Positions 62,775 through 64,000 of a stretch of 64,000 nt of DNA are shown piece after piece. The translations under genes were made by a program, and so were the position numbers. Source of the stretch: Planctomycetota bacterium (GTDB taxonomy: Bacteria > Planctomycetota > UBA8108 > SXIK01). The DNA is taken from positions 2,112,001 through 2,176,000 of the forward strand of contig CBDCXR010000004.1 of the NCBI GenBank assembly GCA_965223845.1, written 5' to 3'. Numbering within the stretch: position 1 is the first letter of the stretch; every line of letters begins with the position of its first letter. The notes beneath the pieces are model-generated. The model made no database searches and was not told the origin of the DNA. It saw only the letters and a list, made by a program, of their open reading frames with translations.

Positions 62775-63998
62775 ATGGACCTGATGTCTCCCGCCGATCG
62801 ATGCGTCATCGCGTTCGTCGCGCTCTGCGGAGTCGGCGCGTTCGCTGCGGAGCTGAGCGGCGCTTCCGCGGAAGACCGGCTCGCGCCGGCGAGAGCGGCG
62901 CTCGCACGCGGCGATTGGCCGAAAGCCGTGGAGCTCCTCCGACCCGTGATCGCAGAGGGAGGAGCTCCCGCCGATCGTGCCGCGGCGTTCGCCCTCTGGG
63001 GCGAGATCGAGCTCCTCGGTGGGGATCCCGAGGCCGCGATCGCGACGTGGGAAAAGGCCCACGCCCTCGCGCCGTCGGCGGGCCTCGCGGAGAGTCTCGC
63101 CGACGCTGCGCTGTCGGTCGGTGACCCGAAGGCGGCGCTTCGTTGGCTCGAGGCGGCGAAGGTGCAAACCGACGGAGGTACGATCCTCCGCGCGATCGCC
63201 CGTCTCGCGCTCGGTGAGCGAGACCGTGCCGAGCGCGAGCTCACCGCCGTCACCGGCCCGGCCGCGGGAATGGCCGCCCACTATCTCGGTGTCATCGCGT
63301 TCGAGCGCGGCGAATCCGAGACCGCCCTCGTCCACTTCGATCGGGCCGCGACCGGCGGTCCCGACGACTACTACGCCGTGATCTACCGCGCGCGCGCCCT
63401 CCTCGATCTCCACCGGATTGCGGCAGCCGAGCGCGAGCTCACGCGAATCGAAAGCGTCCGCGCCAGCGCTGAGGTTGCCTACTTGCGCGGACTCTCCGCG
63501 TTGCGCGCTCGACGTCCCGGCGAGGCCGTGCGGCACTTTCGCGCCGCGCTCGAGCGTCGCGAAAACTACCCGGAGGCGCTCTACGGCCTGGCGACGGCGC
63601 TCAAGAAGGCGGGGGAAACCGCGTCCGCTCGCTCGGCGTTCGAGCGATTCCGCGCCGCGCGGACAAAGGAGTCGAAACTCCGAGGCCGGGTCGAGATGCT
63701 CGAGCAGAAAGTCACGCGGACGCCGAAGGAGCTCGCCCCGCGCCTCGAGCTCCTTCAGCTCACGCGCGAGCTCGGCGATCTTGAATCAGCCGAGCGCCAT
63801 GCTTGGACCGCCGTCCGGCTCGCGCCGGATTCGCCTGCCACGCGCCTTGCGCTCGCACGGACGCTCGTCCTCGTCGGCCGCTTCCAGCGCGCTTCGGTAC
63901 AGTACCAGCGGATCCTCACCGCGCAGCCATCCCACCGAGCGGCTCGCGAGGAGCTCGATCGACTCGTGCGCGAGCACGCCCGCGGGGCGACGCCGTGA
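62775..63998 (+). CDS. Exported tetratricopeptide repeat protein
   Basis: Signal peptide and multiple TPR motifs (AAHYLGVIAFERGE, VAYLRGLSAL, EALYGLATAL). Confidence 0.85.
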   Translation: MDLMSPADRCVIAFVALCGVGAFAAELSGASAEDRLAPARAALARGDWPKAVELLRPVIAEGGAPADRAAAFALWGEIELLGGDPEAAIATWEKAHALAPSAGLAESLADAALSVGDPKAALRWLEAAKVQTDGGTILRAIARLALGERDRAERELTAVTGPAAGMAAHYLGVIAFERGESETALVHFDRAATGGPDDYYAVIYRARALLDLHRIAAAERELTRIESVRASAEVAYLRGLSALRARRPGEAVRHFRAALERRENYPEALYGLATALKKAGETASARSAFERFRAARTKESKLRGRVEMLEQKVTRTPKELAPRLELLQLTRELGDLESAERHAWTAVRLAPDSPATRLALARTLVLVGRFQRASVQYQRILTAQPSHRAAREELDRLVREHARGATP

Positions 63999-64000
63999 GG

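Overview
High-GC bacterial chromosomal segment, almost certainly from a Planctomycetota genome (two DUF1549/DUF1553 + DUF1501 pairs, planctomycete-type dockerin-like C-termini, several Ser/Thr kinases). About 44 CDS: a Tat-exported xanthine-dehydrogenase-family molybdoenzyme cluster with XdhC and MocA, secreted hydrolases and oxidoreductases, galM, rsmG, a clpX-like ATPase and lpxD. No rRNA, tRNA, CRISPR array or transposase was seen. The most unusual items are: (1) a ~370-nt highly base-paired intergenic RNA at 51231-51602 with its own promoter and motifs resembling the 5' half of OLE RNA, with no oapA next to it; (2) a MamK/Mad28-family actin with no magnetosome genes, downstream of a PilZ-like/acidic/coiled-coil protein; (3) a thioredoxin-family lipoprotein split by an in-frame TGA at the WUxxC active site (likely selenoprotein); (4) ten perfect 13-bp repeats that multiply the Shine-Dalgarno plus ATG of a cupin gene. 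All family assignments are by eye or from memory; no database search was run.
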